Shown one piece after another: positions 45,946 through 57,600 of a stretch of DNA of 64,000 nucleotides (positions are counted from its first letter, which is position 1; each line of letters starts with the position of its first letter). The DNA is taken from the NCBI GenBank assembly GCA_001724265.1, contig MEDY01000017.1:62001-126000 (forward strand), written 5' to 3'. Source of the stretch: Rhizaria sp. SCN 62-66. Lineage: Eukaryota. The notes beneath the pieces are model-generated. The model saw only the letters and a list, made by a program, of their open reading frames with translations. It was not told the origin of the DNA and did not search any database. The translations under genes and the position numbers were made by a program.

Positions 45946-46848
45946 TTAGAGACCGAGGGACTTGGCAAGCTCCTCGTTGCTCATCTCAATGTTGGCAGCG
46001 ACGGCAGAGGCAGAGGCAGAGTCAGAGCGCTGGATGCGGCGGAGGCAGTCAGGGGTCATGTCAGAGAAGCCGGCAAAGTTATCCCCGAGAACGTTGATGA
46101 CGAGCTTGTCCATGGCGTCCTCACCCTCGAAGACCTCGCCGTTCATGCCGACGAAAGACTTCGGCGTGTACTCACCGACGAGCGCGAAAATGCGCCAGCC
46201 GACGACGTCTTGGGAGTGCGAGTAGACCGTGCGCGAGACGCCGGGGTCCATGGCCTGGAGGGCGTCGGGGGCATCGGCGTTCCAGCCGACGATGCGGACG
46301 AAATGGCCGCCCTTCTTGACGTTGGCGAGAACGGTGACGTAGTTCTTGAGGAAAGCCTGCACCTGCTTGACGGTGAGGTCGTTGGTGCGGTGCATCTCAG
46401 CGAACTTCGCAGAGCAGCGCTTCTCCGGAAAAGCCTTGCAGAGACCGGAGACGGAGTCAGAGATGAAGTTGTCGTCGGTGTAGCCACCGTTGCGGCGCAG
46501 CCAGTCGTTGAAAGTGCCCGGGTTGGAAGTGACGGGGAGTTCGCCGAAAGCCGGGAGCTTGAACTTAATGCCGTGGTCGCGGACACCCGAAGCAACGGAG
46601 GACATGAAGCAGCCGACCTTGCAGATCGTCTGCTTGGTCATAATATGGCTGCCCCACTGGGCGTCGCACTGCTGGTACTGGCGGAACTCGCCCATCGGGG
46701 TCACCCAGGTCGCGGTGGCGCCGAAGTCAACGCCCGAGTAGAAGCTCTCGAGGTACTGGGCGTCGGGGTTCACCACGTTCGCCGCGGGGTCCAGGGCCAG
46801 CACAGCAAGGGGCACACATAAGGCAATGAGGAAGGCCAGGAACTTCAT
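45946..46848 (-). CDS. Secreted papain-fold peptidase, C39-like family
   Basis: Signal peptide MKFLAFLIALCVPLAVLA. YQQCDAQWG...TICKVGCFMSSVA (Cys), NPGTFNDWLRRNGGY, GGHFVRIVG (His) and AMDPG (Asp). Ends TAA. Confidence 0.8.
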   Translation of the reverse strand: MKFLAFLIALCVPLAVLALDPAANVVNPDAQYLESFYSGVDFGATATWVTPMGEFRQYQQCDAQWGSHIMTKQTICKVGCFMSSVASGVRDHGIKFKLPAFGELPVTSNPGTFNDWLRRNGGYTDDNFISDSVSGLCKAFPEKRCSAKFAEMHRTNDLTVKQVQAFLKNYVTVLANVKKGGHFVRIVGWNADAPDALQAMDPGVSRTVYSHSQDVVGWRIFALVGEYTPKSFVGMNGEVFEGEDAMDKLVINVLGDNFAGFSDMTPDCLRRIQRSDSASASAVAANIEMSNEELAKSLGL

Positions 46849-47527
46849 CACAGACACACTGGGAGATGTTAAGATGCGCAAACGTCGGAAACGGAAGACA
46901 TCGGTTGGGTGAGTTGAAGAGCATGCATTTGATAAAGAGCTGTTCATTGTGGTTTTACCACACTCATAGATAAAAAAATAAACTTGTCAGAAAATTAACT
47001 CAATAATGCAGTCAAACACAGAACCAATTTTACGAAGCAGGGACTGTGCACTTAGAAAGCTAGTCTGCAAAAAAGGAGCATCTCGCGACTTGGCTACGTC
47101 ACAACCCACAACCCTCTCGTCGCCTCACCGCTCGGTCGCTATTTTCAAGTTTAATCTCCTTTGGATCACTTAAGACACGAAATCAATCCTGATGGCTTGC
47201 GCCAAGGTTTACTATTCCTGCACAAAATGACTGAATGATCTTGCTGTATTCATTTCCCCCAGAAGATGCGCTGTATGACATAACTGGATCGATATAACTC
47301 CAATTTAACAGTGGATCACAGATCACGCTCCTGTCGTGCGCGTCGGCCATGTCCGGCAAAGTACCAACATGCGCACTGCATTTAGCGCACACATGCATAT
47401 TTCCCCTTAAATTAAGTCAGCACAAACTCATCATCCATAGGTATACACAATTCAATTCAAGATCAGCCGCGTATACATTTGATCTTCACGCTTGTTCGAA
47501 AAAGAGAGCAAGAGGCTCTTCATCTGT

Positions 47528-49308
47528 TCATTTCTCGCGGTACGCAAGGGGGAACTCGTCGTCCTCATCATCATCACCAGTGCCACCCCGGCCAGTGCGC
47601 ACCTCCCACGGCGGCTTGCGGTACGATTCCACCACAAGCTGCTCCGCGCCAGCGACACCGCGCGCGAGCAAGAGATAGCTCGACTCGCGCAGGTTATGCG
47701 GGTGGAACTCGCACGCTTCGGGTGCGAACTGCGCCAAGAGAGTCGCGATAGCAGCCGTGTCAATCTCCTTGTGTTGCAGCTGAGAGGGCGCAGAAGCAGA
47801 CGCAGCGGCAGTGGCAGTGGCCGCGTCGCTGGAGATGGGTTTGATCGGCAGCGCAGCGGGGAAAGCGCTCTCAAAGGCCGCTTTGTTCCACTTAGTCTCA
47901 GTCACCGCGGGCGCGGGCGTGGGGAGGACGCCGAGCGTCTGCAGCGCCACAGCGGCAAGCTGCGCGTCGCGGAATAACGGGTTCGCCAGAGGGGACGTCA
48001 GAGGGTCCAGGGCGGAGGGGGCGAGGAGGCGGCGCGCGGTCAGGGCGCGGTACTTCGTGTACAGCGTAGCAACCTGCGAGATATTAAAAAAACAAACACA
48101 AGAAGGCAGGAAAACAATGAGTTATTTCATGAGAACAAATGAATTATGAGTCAAATTAAAAATACAGTTGATTAAATTGAGCAAACCGATAAAAGTCCGA
48201 TGAATTTCAATGGGTTTTAAGAGATAGTGGTAAGAATGGAAACGTACTGAGTTAGCGAGGAACTTGCGCCTCTTGAGCACCAGCAGCAGCCTCTCGCTAT
48301 CCGCCTCACTCAGCCCAGCAACGGTACCATAATTGCCCTTGCCATCACGCTGCGCCAACAGCGCTGCGGCCTCCATCTCAGCCCCCCGCAGCTGCTTCGC
48401 GAGCGCGCCGAGTTCCCCGGCCAGCGCGACGCGGTTCGCGACATGCGGCGCGTCACCGGCAGCGGCGACCTTGGTGCCAGACCCGTCGTGCGCGAACGTG
48501 GCCCCGTCGGCGCCGCCCATCGCGGTAGCCATGCCGTCCGCGCTGGCGCCGCTGCTGGCGAGCGCGGCGAGCTCGTCCATGTCGACGACCCGGCGCACCG
48601 GCGGCGCCGCGCGCGGGAGAGAGCCCAGCGCCAGAGAGGCGAAGGCGAGCGCGGTGACGTCGCGGAACCACTGCGCAACAAGGCGCAGCGGCGCGGCCCG
48701 CAGCGCGCGCTGCTCGGCGAGTTCACGGGCCACGAGGGCCTGCGCGTCGACCTCCTGGTCAGCGGAGCGCAGGAAGTGGAAGGAGCGAACCATGATGTCG
48801 GAGGAGCTCGAGTGTAGAACACGGTCCTCGAAGGTCGTCAGGGCCGGGCCGCGCCAGGTGCGCTCAAGCACGTACGGGTAGTGATGGGTTGGGTGGCGGA
48901 CGATGACGCCGACGTGCTCTAAGTCGCCGCCGTTGGCGCGCTTGGCGAGGTGGGTGAGGAGGAACGAGAGAGGGTCGCGGGACGCGCGTGTGCGCGAGAA
49001 AAACACGAGGTCACCTATATTCAAAGAAAGAAAGCAGTAATAAACAGCAATGTCAAAAGAAAAACGTTAGTCTTAGTCATTGGGTATTCAGTAAGACAGA
49101 GATATAGGCTTAAATAAGCAAACAGCGTGCTTTTTTCTGCTGCTGTACCTGTTTGGAGTGAGGAGAGGTAGGCCTCGCCGATAGATTGAGAGCGGAAGCC
49201 AAGACTAGGCTCAGCATCCTTGTTGGGCTTCGACGCAGCGTAGTACATCGAACCGAAGGAACCGGCGGCCACTGCTGCGGCCGCAGAGGCGATGCGACCG
49301 AAGGACAT
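47528..49308 (-). CDS. Three-exon permuted NlpC/P60 (YiiX/YebB-like) papain-fold protein, possibly catalytically inactive
   Basis: Exons 49308-49149, 49014-48248 and 48073-47528 join in frame. Motifs LQTGDLVFFSR, EHVGVIV and PYVLE, with a later LFRDAQLAAVALQTLGVL segment. Ends TGA. Confidence 0.65.
48074..48247 (-). other. Spliceosomal intron (174 nt, phase 0)
   Basis: GTACGT...CTCGCAG, AT-rich, joins ORF 48122..49024 to the frame of 47528..47950. Confidence 0.82.
49015..49148 (-). other. Spliceosomal intron (134 nt, phase 1)
   Basis: GTACAG...ATATAG, T-rich. Splicing creates LQTG-DLVFF. Confidence 0.82.
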
Positions 49309-49796
49309 TTGTGCTCACACAACTCAGTCAAAGCTGCTTGGATCGCAAGGTTTGCCCTGAAGCGAGGAGAGGAAGTACGAACAAATAAGATCGATATTTT
49401 ATATGAGATTAACATTGATTTCCATTATACATACTGTTATGTCTATTGACGGACATATGACAGCACACACTCAGCTCTTAAATCTTTCTTTACACGAGAC
49501 ACGACTGTGCGTTGACTGCACAGAAGATCACGAAAGTGGCAATTTGATCACAATATGTGTATAAATATATATTAACGGCACCAAGCCTCACTCACACACC
49601 TTCGCACCAAGCTCGCAAAAACACAACAAATACCTGCACAGTCATCTGCTGTCAGTTGTTGTGGCAATATCCTCGGCGCAAATCCAACATGCATCACTTT
49701 GTTACTGCGCGGCGGCGGCATCACTCCGCCTGCCTCAGTTATATATTATTCAATTCCGACGAGCTCTAAAAATTACGTTCTTTTTCTTTTGGAGCG

Positions 49797-51246
49797 TTAG
49801 AGCGCAGTCGCCTTGGCCTTGGCAGCCTCGGCCTCCTCCTTGCGCTTCTCCAGCACGTTCTTGATGAAGAACTCACCAGCGCGGTACGAAGAGCGGACGA
49901 GGGGGCCCGAGGCGACGTAGAGGAACCCCATTGACTCGGCCTCCTCCTGCCAGCCCTTGAACGCCTCGGGAGTGATGAACTCCTCCACGCGCAAGTGGCG
50001 CGGCGACGGGCGCAAATACTGTCCGAACGTCACGACGTTGACGTCGACGTCACGCAGCGCGCGGAGACAGGCACGGATCTCCTCGGGCTTCTCGCCGCAG
50101 CCGAGCATGAGCGACGTCTTGGTGATCACATCCGGGCGCGTCTTGCGCGCGTGCTCCAGCACCGACATCGTCTGCGCGAAGCTCGTGCGGCGGTCGCGCA
50201 CGACATGTTGCAGAGACTCGACCGTCTCGACGTTGTGTGCGAAAACGTCGAGTCCCGCGTTGACGACGGTGGCGACGGACTCGAGGCGGCCGCGGAAGTC
50301 CGGTGTGAGCGCCTCGACGAGCGGCGAGGGCGTGTGCTGCTTTAGGAGGCGGATCGTCTGCGCGATGTGCTCCGCGCCGCCGTCGGGCAGGTCGTCGCGC
50401 GTCACCGATGTGAACACCACATAATCGAGCCCCCAGCGGAGAATGGCGTCGGAAACGTTGGCGGGCTCGTTGGGGTCGAGCGCGGGCGGGGTGCGGGACG
50501 TCTTGACGGCGCAGAAGCGGCAGGCGCGGGTGCATGTGTCGCCCATGAGCATAACGGTGGCAGTGGACTGGCCCTTCTTGCCGCCCCAGCACTCGCCGAT
50601 GTTGGGGCAGTTCGCCTCCTCGCAGACAGTGGCGAGCTTGAGCTCGCGGACGGTGGAGCGCATGTGCTCGAACTGCTCGCCGCGCGGAGGGGACATGCGC
50701 AGCCACTCGGGCTTCGGGGACTTCTCCTTCTGCCGCGGGCGGGTAGATGCGGTGGAGGAGACGATGGGGATGCCAGCTGCGGCGGCCTCTTCGGCGGCGG
50801 CGGCGATGTCTTCGGGGCTTAGCGCGGTGGGGATACACTGAGTGCGCAAATAGGAAGAAAAACATACGAAACGGCAATATAGCAACAAATACGTACAATA
50901 CAGACAGACAAGTATCGAACGTGAGTTGATCGAGTGAGTGAGAATTTAGGTGAAGCAAAACAAGGGCGGTGAGAGAGGTCAAAGACAGTGTGCTTCGCAC
51001 GAGAGCAGAGAGAACGCGTTGAGATTGTGATTGTTTGTTGTTGAGACGTACACCAACGGTGGAGACCGCGGGGTTGTGCTTAGGAGTGGAGTCGGGCTTG
51101 CTCATGAAGTCCTGCAGAGAGAGGCCGTCATCCGGCAAACGCGAGGAGCCAGCAGCGTTAGCAGAGGGGTTGCCGGCCACGGTGGTGATCGAGCGGCACA
51201 GCGCGGCGGAAACCGCGCGAGCGCCGCTAAGGCGCGAGACGAGCAT
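49797..51246 (-). CDS. LIAS: Mitochondrial lipoyl synthase (radical SAM), two exons
   Basis: Targeting peptide [19 protein letters not shown]. Motifs [37 protein letters not shown] and [12 protein letters not shown]. Exons 51246-51052 and 50837-49797. Ends TAA. Confidence 0.95.
50838..51051 (-). other. Spliceosomal intron in lipoyl synthase (214 nt, phase 0)
   Basis: GTACGT...ACTCAG, C/T-rich, restores the frame between the targeting peptide and the catalytic domain. Confidence 0.78.
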
Positions 51247-51644
51247 GGGGTGGCAACAGAAGCGGAGTCAGCGGCACCAAGGTTAGGTGAAGCTGGCGGG
51301 AGCTGCTGAAGCTGGTGCGGTCGATGGTGTACGACACATAGGGCCGGGGAAAGATGAAAAAGGTGGGTTAGACAGCCGTATGAGGAGATTTAATTAAGAG
51401 AGGTTATAGTAAAGAAGTAATTGTTGCATTATATCTGCGCCGGGTCGTCTCATACGGTTGAAATCGCGCCATGGATGTCCGCGCAAACTCGCCATCTTTG
51501 CCCGTCGTCCGGACTCGAGAGCTGACCGTTGACCGAGGATGGATATTCATAGCGAAGCATTTTAACGAATGTATTTTGTCAAAATCAATCAAGTGAAATC
51601 TCGGGGACGCCGGGGGTATGACTAAAAAGAAACAGTATTTTGGG

Positions 51645-53843
51645 TTATTTAGATGGTTTCGCTGCACGCAATGAACGCGTCGTTAAATTGACAAGCTGGT
51701 CCCGGATAGAGCTTGACAATGAGGCGCTTTCATTCGCGTTTCCTAACGACTGGAGGACTGGCTGAATATCGTTCGTCACCGCAGCCGTCGCAGCGAAATC
51801 GTACACCCGACTGCCGAAGAAGTTCACCTCAATATCAAGAAGATACGCCGCAACTGCCTGCTCCGGCGAGCCTGTCCCCATCTTCAGCAGCGCCAGCACT
51901 TGGCCGCCGCCGCGCAGCAGCGCCGGAACGTCTTTGTGTTCCGCGGCGAGAAGCTGCCGCAGCACCCAGTAGAGCGCGGCGACGAGGTCCAGCTCGCCGG
52001 CGTCGACCGCGGCCGCGACGTCCGCCTCGGAGCGCGGCAGCAGCTTCTGCAGCAGCGCCACCACGGCCGCGACGTCGGCCTCTTTGAGCGCGCCGCGCTG
52101 TCGCGGCAGGAGCAGGCCTAGGAAGGACAGCGCGTGCAGCAGCGCGCCGCCGTCGGCCGCCGTGGCAACCACGCGCAGCGCCAGCGCGGCGGCCTCGGCC
52201 GCGCCGGGCGCCGAGGCCAGGTCGTCGCGCGCGGCCTCGGCGGCGGCCCACGGCATGCCCGCCGCGCCCGGGTCCAGCTGCCCCAGCGTCTGCAGCAGCA
52301 CGTACACGAATACGCGGTGCGCGCGCGCCGCGGCGGCGTTCACGGCGCCGTCCGCCGCGGGCGCAGGCGGCTTGTGCGCGAGCGCGAGCAGCGCGGGCAG
52401 CACGGCCACCAAGGGCTTGCTGGCGAAGCAGCCGAGCGGGCGGTCGGGCGCGCGCTCCGTGCTCATCGAGACGACGCCGCTGCAGGCGTTGCTGCGCATC
52501 GCCGCGCGGCGCCCGGCCACGCGCAGCGCGTTAAAGCGCAGCAGCACGGCCGCGGCGACGGCGTGCGGCCACGCGCGCGGCTCGGCGTCGCTGCCGCCTA
52601 GCGCACGCTCGAGCCACGCGGAGGCCAGGACCTCGCCGTCGCCGCCGGCGTGACCCAGCGCGGCGCCGGAGTGCGCGAGGAAGGCGGCGCAGAAGGCGTC
52701 GCAGCTGCACCACAGCAACGCGTCGTCCGGGTGCGGAAACAGGGGCGCTGCGGCCGGCGCCGTGGCGGCCGCGCTACCTGATTTGGCCGCGACGGCTGCC
52801 GCTGCAGTGAGCGGGCGGTGTGGCAGCGGAGCGAAGCGCACGAGCGCGGCCATAGCAGCGGGGCGCGGCGTGCCATTGCGGGTGTCCGCAGGGAGGGCGC
52901 TGCCGCGAATAGGTACAACGGGCCGCGCGCCGGGGCCGGCGATAATGCGCTGCGTCTCCTGTATGTTGATCAGACCGCTTCCGATAGCGCGGTTGAAGCG
53001 GTTTGGCACAGTGACGTCCTGGAACCGCCCTAGGCCGGGGAAAGCCCCGCGGTTGACGGGGACGAGTGGGCCGACGTTGCTAAGCATCTGGGGCACGGGG
53101 ACGGCGCAGGATTGCTTGAGGCGCACGGGGGCGGCGTCCACGGGGACGGCGGTGGCGGTGTCGTCATTGTCATCAGCTTCGGTCTCGGTGTCAGCAGCCG
53201 CCGTCAGCGCCGCACCATCGGCCGCGGCGACTGCGGCCGCGGCATCTGGCGTGACGGCGACCGCGGCGGCGGCGGCGGGCGTGATCAGGTAGCGAGCATC
53301 GTCGCCGGTCATGAGCGCGTCGGCCAGCTGCGCCAGGCGCGCGAATACGAAGCCCGCCGCCGGCCGCGTCAGGTCGAGCCGCGACGGCGTGGGCCGCGTT
53401 GGTGTGGGCCGCGTTGGCGCTGTGTCGGTGTAGGTGTCGGTTTCGGCGACCTGGGTAGGGGAAAAGAAGCGCGAGAGATGGGCTGCGAGGGGCTTGACAA
53501 CGCGCATAAGTTGGCAGTGCACGGTGAGAACCAGGCGAAAACGCGCGAGCTGGAACAGCGCCTCGGCTGCAGCCACGCGCGTCAGGTCGTCGTCACTCTC
53601 GAGGAACGGGAGCACGGCCGCGGCCACGTCGTGCGCGGCGAAGAAGCAGCTGATGTCCTTGTCGAGAGCCGCAGTTGCGTCGGAAACGCGGCCATCACGC
53701 GCAGTGGTGTCAAGACTAACACGGTACCGGCCGAGCTTGCGCAGCGCAGCGGGCAACAACCCAAGCGGGGTGAGGGCAGCGGTGCTTTCAGCAGCAGTGA
53801 GCGCAGACACAGCAGCTTCGAGGTTCAGCAACGACTTCGTCAT
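51645..53843 (-). CDS. Hypothetical protein, probably alpha-helical (ARM/HEAT-like) repeats
   Basis: Long GC-rich ORF between AT-rich spacers. ATG at 53843 (MTKSLLNLE). Amphipathic helices such as VLPFLESDDDLTRVAAAEALFQLAR. Ends TAA. Confidence 0.6.
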   Translation of the reverse strand: MTKSLLNLEAAVSALTAAESTAALTPLGLLPAALRKLGRYRVSLDTTARDGRVSDATAALDKDISCFFAAHDVAAAVLPFLESDDDLTRVAAAEALFQLARFRLVLTVHCQLMRVVKPLAAHLSRFFSPTQVAETDTYTDTAPTRPTPTRPTPSRLDLTRPAAGFVFARLAQLADALMTGDDARYLITPAAAAAVAVTPDAAAAVAAADGAALTAAADTETEADDNDDTATAVPVDAAPVRLKQSCAVPVPQMLSNVGPLVPVNRGAFPGLGRFQDVTVPNRFNRAIGSGLINIQETQRIIAGPGARPVVPIRGSALPADTRNGTPRPAAMAALVRFAPLPHRPLTAAAAVAAKSGSAAATAPAAAPLFPHPDDALLWCSCDAFCAAFLAHSGAALGHAGGDGEVLASAWLERALGGSDAEPRAWPHAVAAAVLLRFNALRVAGRRAAMRSNACSGVVSMSTERAPDRPLGCFASKPLVAVLPALLALAHKPPAPAADGAVNAAAARAHRVFVYVLLQTLGQLDPGAAGMPWAAAEAARDDLASAPGAAEAAALALRVVATAADGGALLHALSFLGLLLPRQRGALKEADVAAVVALLQKLLPRSEADVAAAVDAGELDLVAALYWVLRQLLAAEHKDVPALLRGGGQVLALLKMGTGSPEQAVAAYLLDIEVNFFGSRVYDFAATAAVTNDIQPVLQSLGNANESASLSSSIRDQLVNLTTRSLRAAKPSK

Positions 53844-54658
53844 GGTGTGGTGGTGCAGTGTTTCTGGGATCACTGAAGCTCCGACAAATAAAAGACCTGG
53901 TTTTATACTAAGGATACGCGACAAATCCTCAGTCTTTTAAGTCTTCACTGAGTTGTGCGCGACCGAAAACGTGATTCCGCCAAAGCAGGACTCCGATAAC
54001 ATCAGGGGTTTGAGAGGGGTTGTTGTTCGCGACGATTTCGAGCGGAATACGCACAAATGAAAGATGAAATTACAAAATAAACAGAGGAAATTGTTGGAAA
54101 ATATAGGAAACAAATCACGAGTCGCGATTTACGAACAAATCTAGCGTACAATGCCTAGAAAGTTTGCCGAAGATACATGCCGGCCCGGCCACGAAGAGAA
54201 GAAACAAATGCTGTATTAATACACCAGCCTTCCGTCACGACAGCTAAACACTATACTTTGTACATTTTGTACATATATGTACACGTATATATATAATAAG
54301 CTTACAAAAATATATGGACCTGTATAATATTAAATTCTGGAATTTAAGAACGTGTTGAATATGATAGGTTTAAACGTCTAGATATTGTGTATTGTATACG
54401 ATGATGCGCAAGTGCAAGTGTACTGGCGGCATTGTGCGACCCAAAGAAGCGAGATTAATGTACGGCGTGGAAAAGTAGGTAACTTATTTTGATATCACGA
54501 GAGCAATCGTGGCCCGGATAGTTTAAACATAGACTAGTTTGCTTTCTTGCTTTGTGTTTGCGTTTAGTTAGTAGATAACGGTCTAAATATTGTTGCTGCA
54601 GTTCGCTCTGTTTGCGCGATGAAGTGTCACTGTGTGAGGCGTAGGCATGGCATAACAT

Positions 54659-57600
54659 TCATTGCGAAAGCCAAGGCTGCGGCTGCTGATGACGGCGGTG
54701 GTGAAGCTCGCTCCCACTTCCCGACGGCACTGACGACGACACCACCGACACTGCAGAGTCCCCCGAGCCAGCGCCCGCGCCGGCGCCATGGCTCGCACCC
54801 GCACTCGACACAGAGCCAGCGCCCGTAGTACCCACGCCCGCAGTACCAGCGCCCACGCCCGTGCCCGCGCCCACGCTCGTGTTCGAGATGAAGCAAGCAC
54901 TCGGCCTCGCGGCAGCGTTGGAGACAAGCACGGGAGCAGTGGGAACCGAGATGGGGGCAGCGACCGAGCCGACTGTGGGGAGAGATGACAGGATCGCGGC
55001 TGACGAAAGCGGCGCGGGCGGCGTCGCAGGCGCGCGCTGCAGCGGCGACGGCGGCCGTTTCGCGCGCACACTCCACTGCCCCAGCCCCGTCCCCAGTCCG
55101 AGTCCGTGTCCGTGCTGCGGCGACTGAGTGTTAGAGTGCGGGTTCGACTGCGATGGCGCCTGGAGCAGCGACTGCGCGCGGCCGAGAACGAGCGCGCCCG
55201 AGGTGTCAGCGACGGGCGGCAACTGCACAAGGTCCGGGATGACGAACCTGCGCTCGCGGTCACCAGGCACCATAGCTTCGCTACATTCGCTGTCGCTGCC
55301 GCCATCGCTGTCGTTGTCGCGTTCGCAGTCGGCGGCGTCGCCGTCGCTGTCGCCGCGGTGTGACACGACCCCACTGCCGCCACTGCTGCGGCGTGCACTT
55401 GCGCTTTTACTCATGCTAGCGCACGCACGGGCGCCGCGGGCAGAGGCGCGGCAGGGCGTTGCAGCTGCGCCGGGGAGCGTGCGGGCGCCGCCGATGCTCG
55501 TGGAGTGAGCCGCGGAGTTGCTGTTGCAGCTGTTTGCGGCGGCGGTGAACACAGGACGCGGCGGCGTGCAGACACCGAGGAAACCACCCGCACCCGCAGT
55601 ACCTGTGGTACCCGCGACCCCATGAGTACCAGCGACGGGGGGCGTGCCCTTAGTCGTGGGTACCGCAGGAGCGACCTTCGGCGTGCCACCTGTCCCGGTG
55701 ACCGTGGGTGCGCCACTCTTGGCCTTGGGCACAGCAGCGGAGGCGGCGACGGCGGCGGCAAAGGCGGGCGGAGCGATCAGAGTCGGCAGCGGCAAAGCAA
55801 CGTCTTCATACCCACTTACCATGCTGGCGCGGCCCCGACCGAGATTGGGGGAGCTGCCCGCAGACACAGAGCCGACACCCGCCCCAGCTCCAGCGCTGGT
55901 GCCGGAGCTCAGGCTCGTGTTTGTGGCGAAAAGCAGAGGCACGGGCAGGGGCCGCGCGCGCTTGCTGGCGCTGGCTTCCTCGACACCGCCCGCAGCGGTG
56001 GCCACACCGCCCTTGCTCACGGTCACTGCAGTGAGGGCGGCGGCCAGAGCGCGGTCTTCCTTGGCGTCCGCGTCGTCCTCATCTTCGTCACTATTATCGG
56101 TTTTGTTGTCGTTCTTGTCATCGCCAGCTGTGCTGCCGCGGGAGAGACGGCGTTGCTGGCGCTGGCGCTGCTGCAACAGCTGCTGCTGCTCCGCAAAGAG
56201 TTGCCCCAGTGACAGTGTCGGCGAGTGGCGACGCTTCAACCCACTCGCGTTCGCGCTCACGCTCGCACTTGCAGGCGCACTGGCACTGGCAGTCGCAGTC
56301 GACTTAGCGCCGGCGCCGGTGCCAATGGGCGTGCTCATGTTGCTCGCGCTCGCCGCGGCGCGCTGGCAGTGGGCGCGGTAGGCAGAGTTGGCGGCGTTGA
56401 TGTGCAGCAAAGCGGCCATGGCGGCGGCAACGCTCTCAACGCCGTCTTTGGCGTCGCCGCTGTCACTGTGGTCGCTCGAGACTGAGTCCTCGTCGACGGC
56501 GCTCTTGTTGCGGAGAGTGGTGTTGTCGTCGTCGCTGTCGAGGTCGTTGAGCCCAGAGCCAGAGCCTGAGACCGCGCGAGCAGTGCCAATCTGACTGCTC
56601 TTGCTCTTAGCCTTGCCTTGGCCCTTGTCTTTGCCAGTGGCAGAGGCGGCGGCTGCGTTGGTAAAGGGGGCCTGAGCACGGGCAGAGAGCAGAGAGCGCG
56701 CGTCTTCAGGAAGCTGCAGCGTCATCATCGACTTGTTGGTCGACTTGCTGCTTTTAGGCGCAGTTACGGCGTCAGAGGCAGCGGCTGGGGACGAGGCAGG
56801 AGTCACCTTGACAGTCAGCCCACTGCGGCTGCCGGTGTTGTTGTTGTTCTCATCGTCGTCTTCACTGTCGCAGAGCTCGATGATCGTCCCACTCGAAGGC
56901 CTCGCACCACCTTCATTGTGACGCCTCGCGCCCTCACTGTGACCGTAGGCGTGGCCGTGCGCGTAACCGTGAGCAGTAGCGTCGTCGTCGTCGCAGTGCG
57001 TCAGAGCAGCGCGCACGACAGACTGCACGCCGTGCAAAGGGCACCACGCGCGGGCCGGAACCCAGGCCGAGCAGCACCGCGTCTGCGCAGACGAAGTGGT
57101 GAAGCGCTCATGCAGAGTGTTGTTTCTAACGCCGCCCGCGGTGGAGTCGTGGGTGAGCAGAGGAGGCGCATACGTCAGCGCTGGAATCTCATAGGTCAGC
57201 GCGGGCACGCTTCCGGGGGCGTGCTTGTCACCGCTCCCTTTGCCGCGAGTGACGAGTGCGGAGCTCAAGTCGAGCGCAAAATCGGCGTCAGAGTCGGAGG
57301 GCGCGTAGGTGAGTGCGGGGATTTCGTAAGTAAGCGCGGGCAGCGAGTTGTCGGCCGCGGCCGGGACGGAGGTAACGAACGCGGAGTGTGTGGCGTTCCA
57401 ACGGGGCGCCGCGTCCTCCGTGTCGGCGTTAAGGCCGTTGGTGCGGTGCGCGGCGGCGGCGTGGGGGTCGTACGTTGTCAAGTAGCGCGACTGCAATGAT
57501 AAGCTGCTGTCGGTCTAAGCGACGGTCATGGGAAAGCTCTGTGTGCTGGGGACGACGCCGGCGCCGGCTGGGCTGTGGTGGAGTGCCGCAGCAGAGTTGT

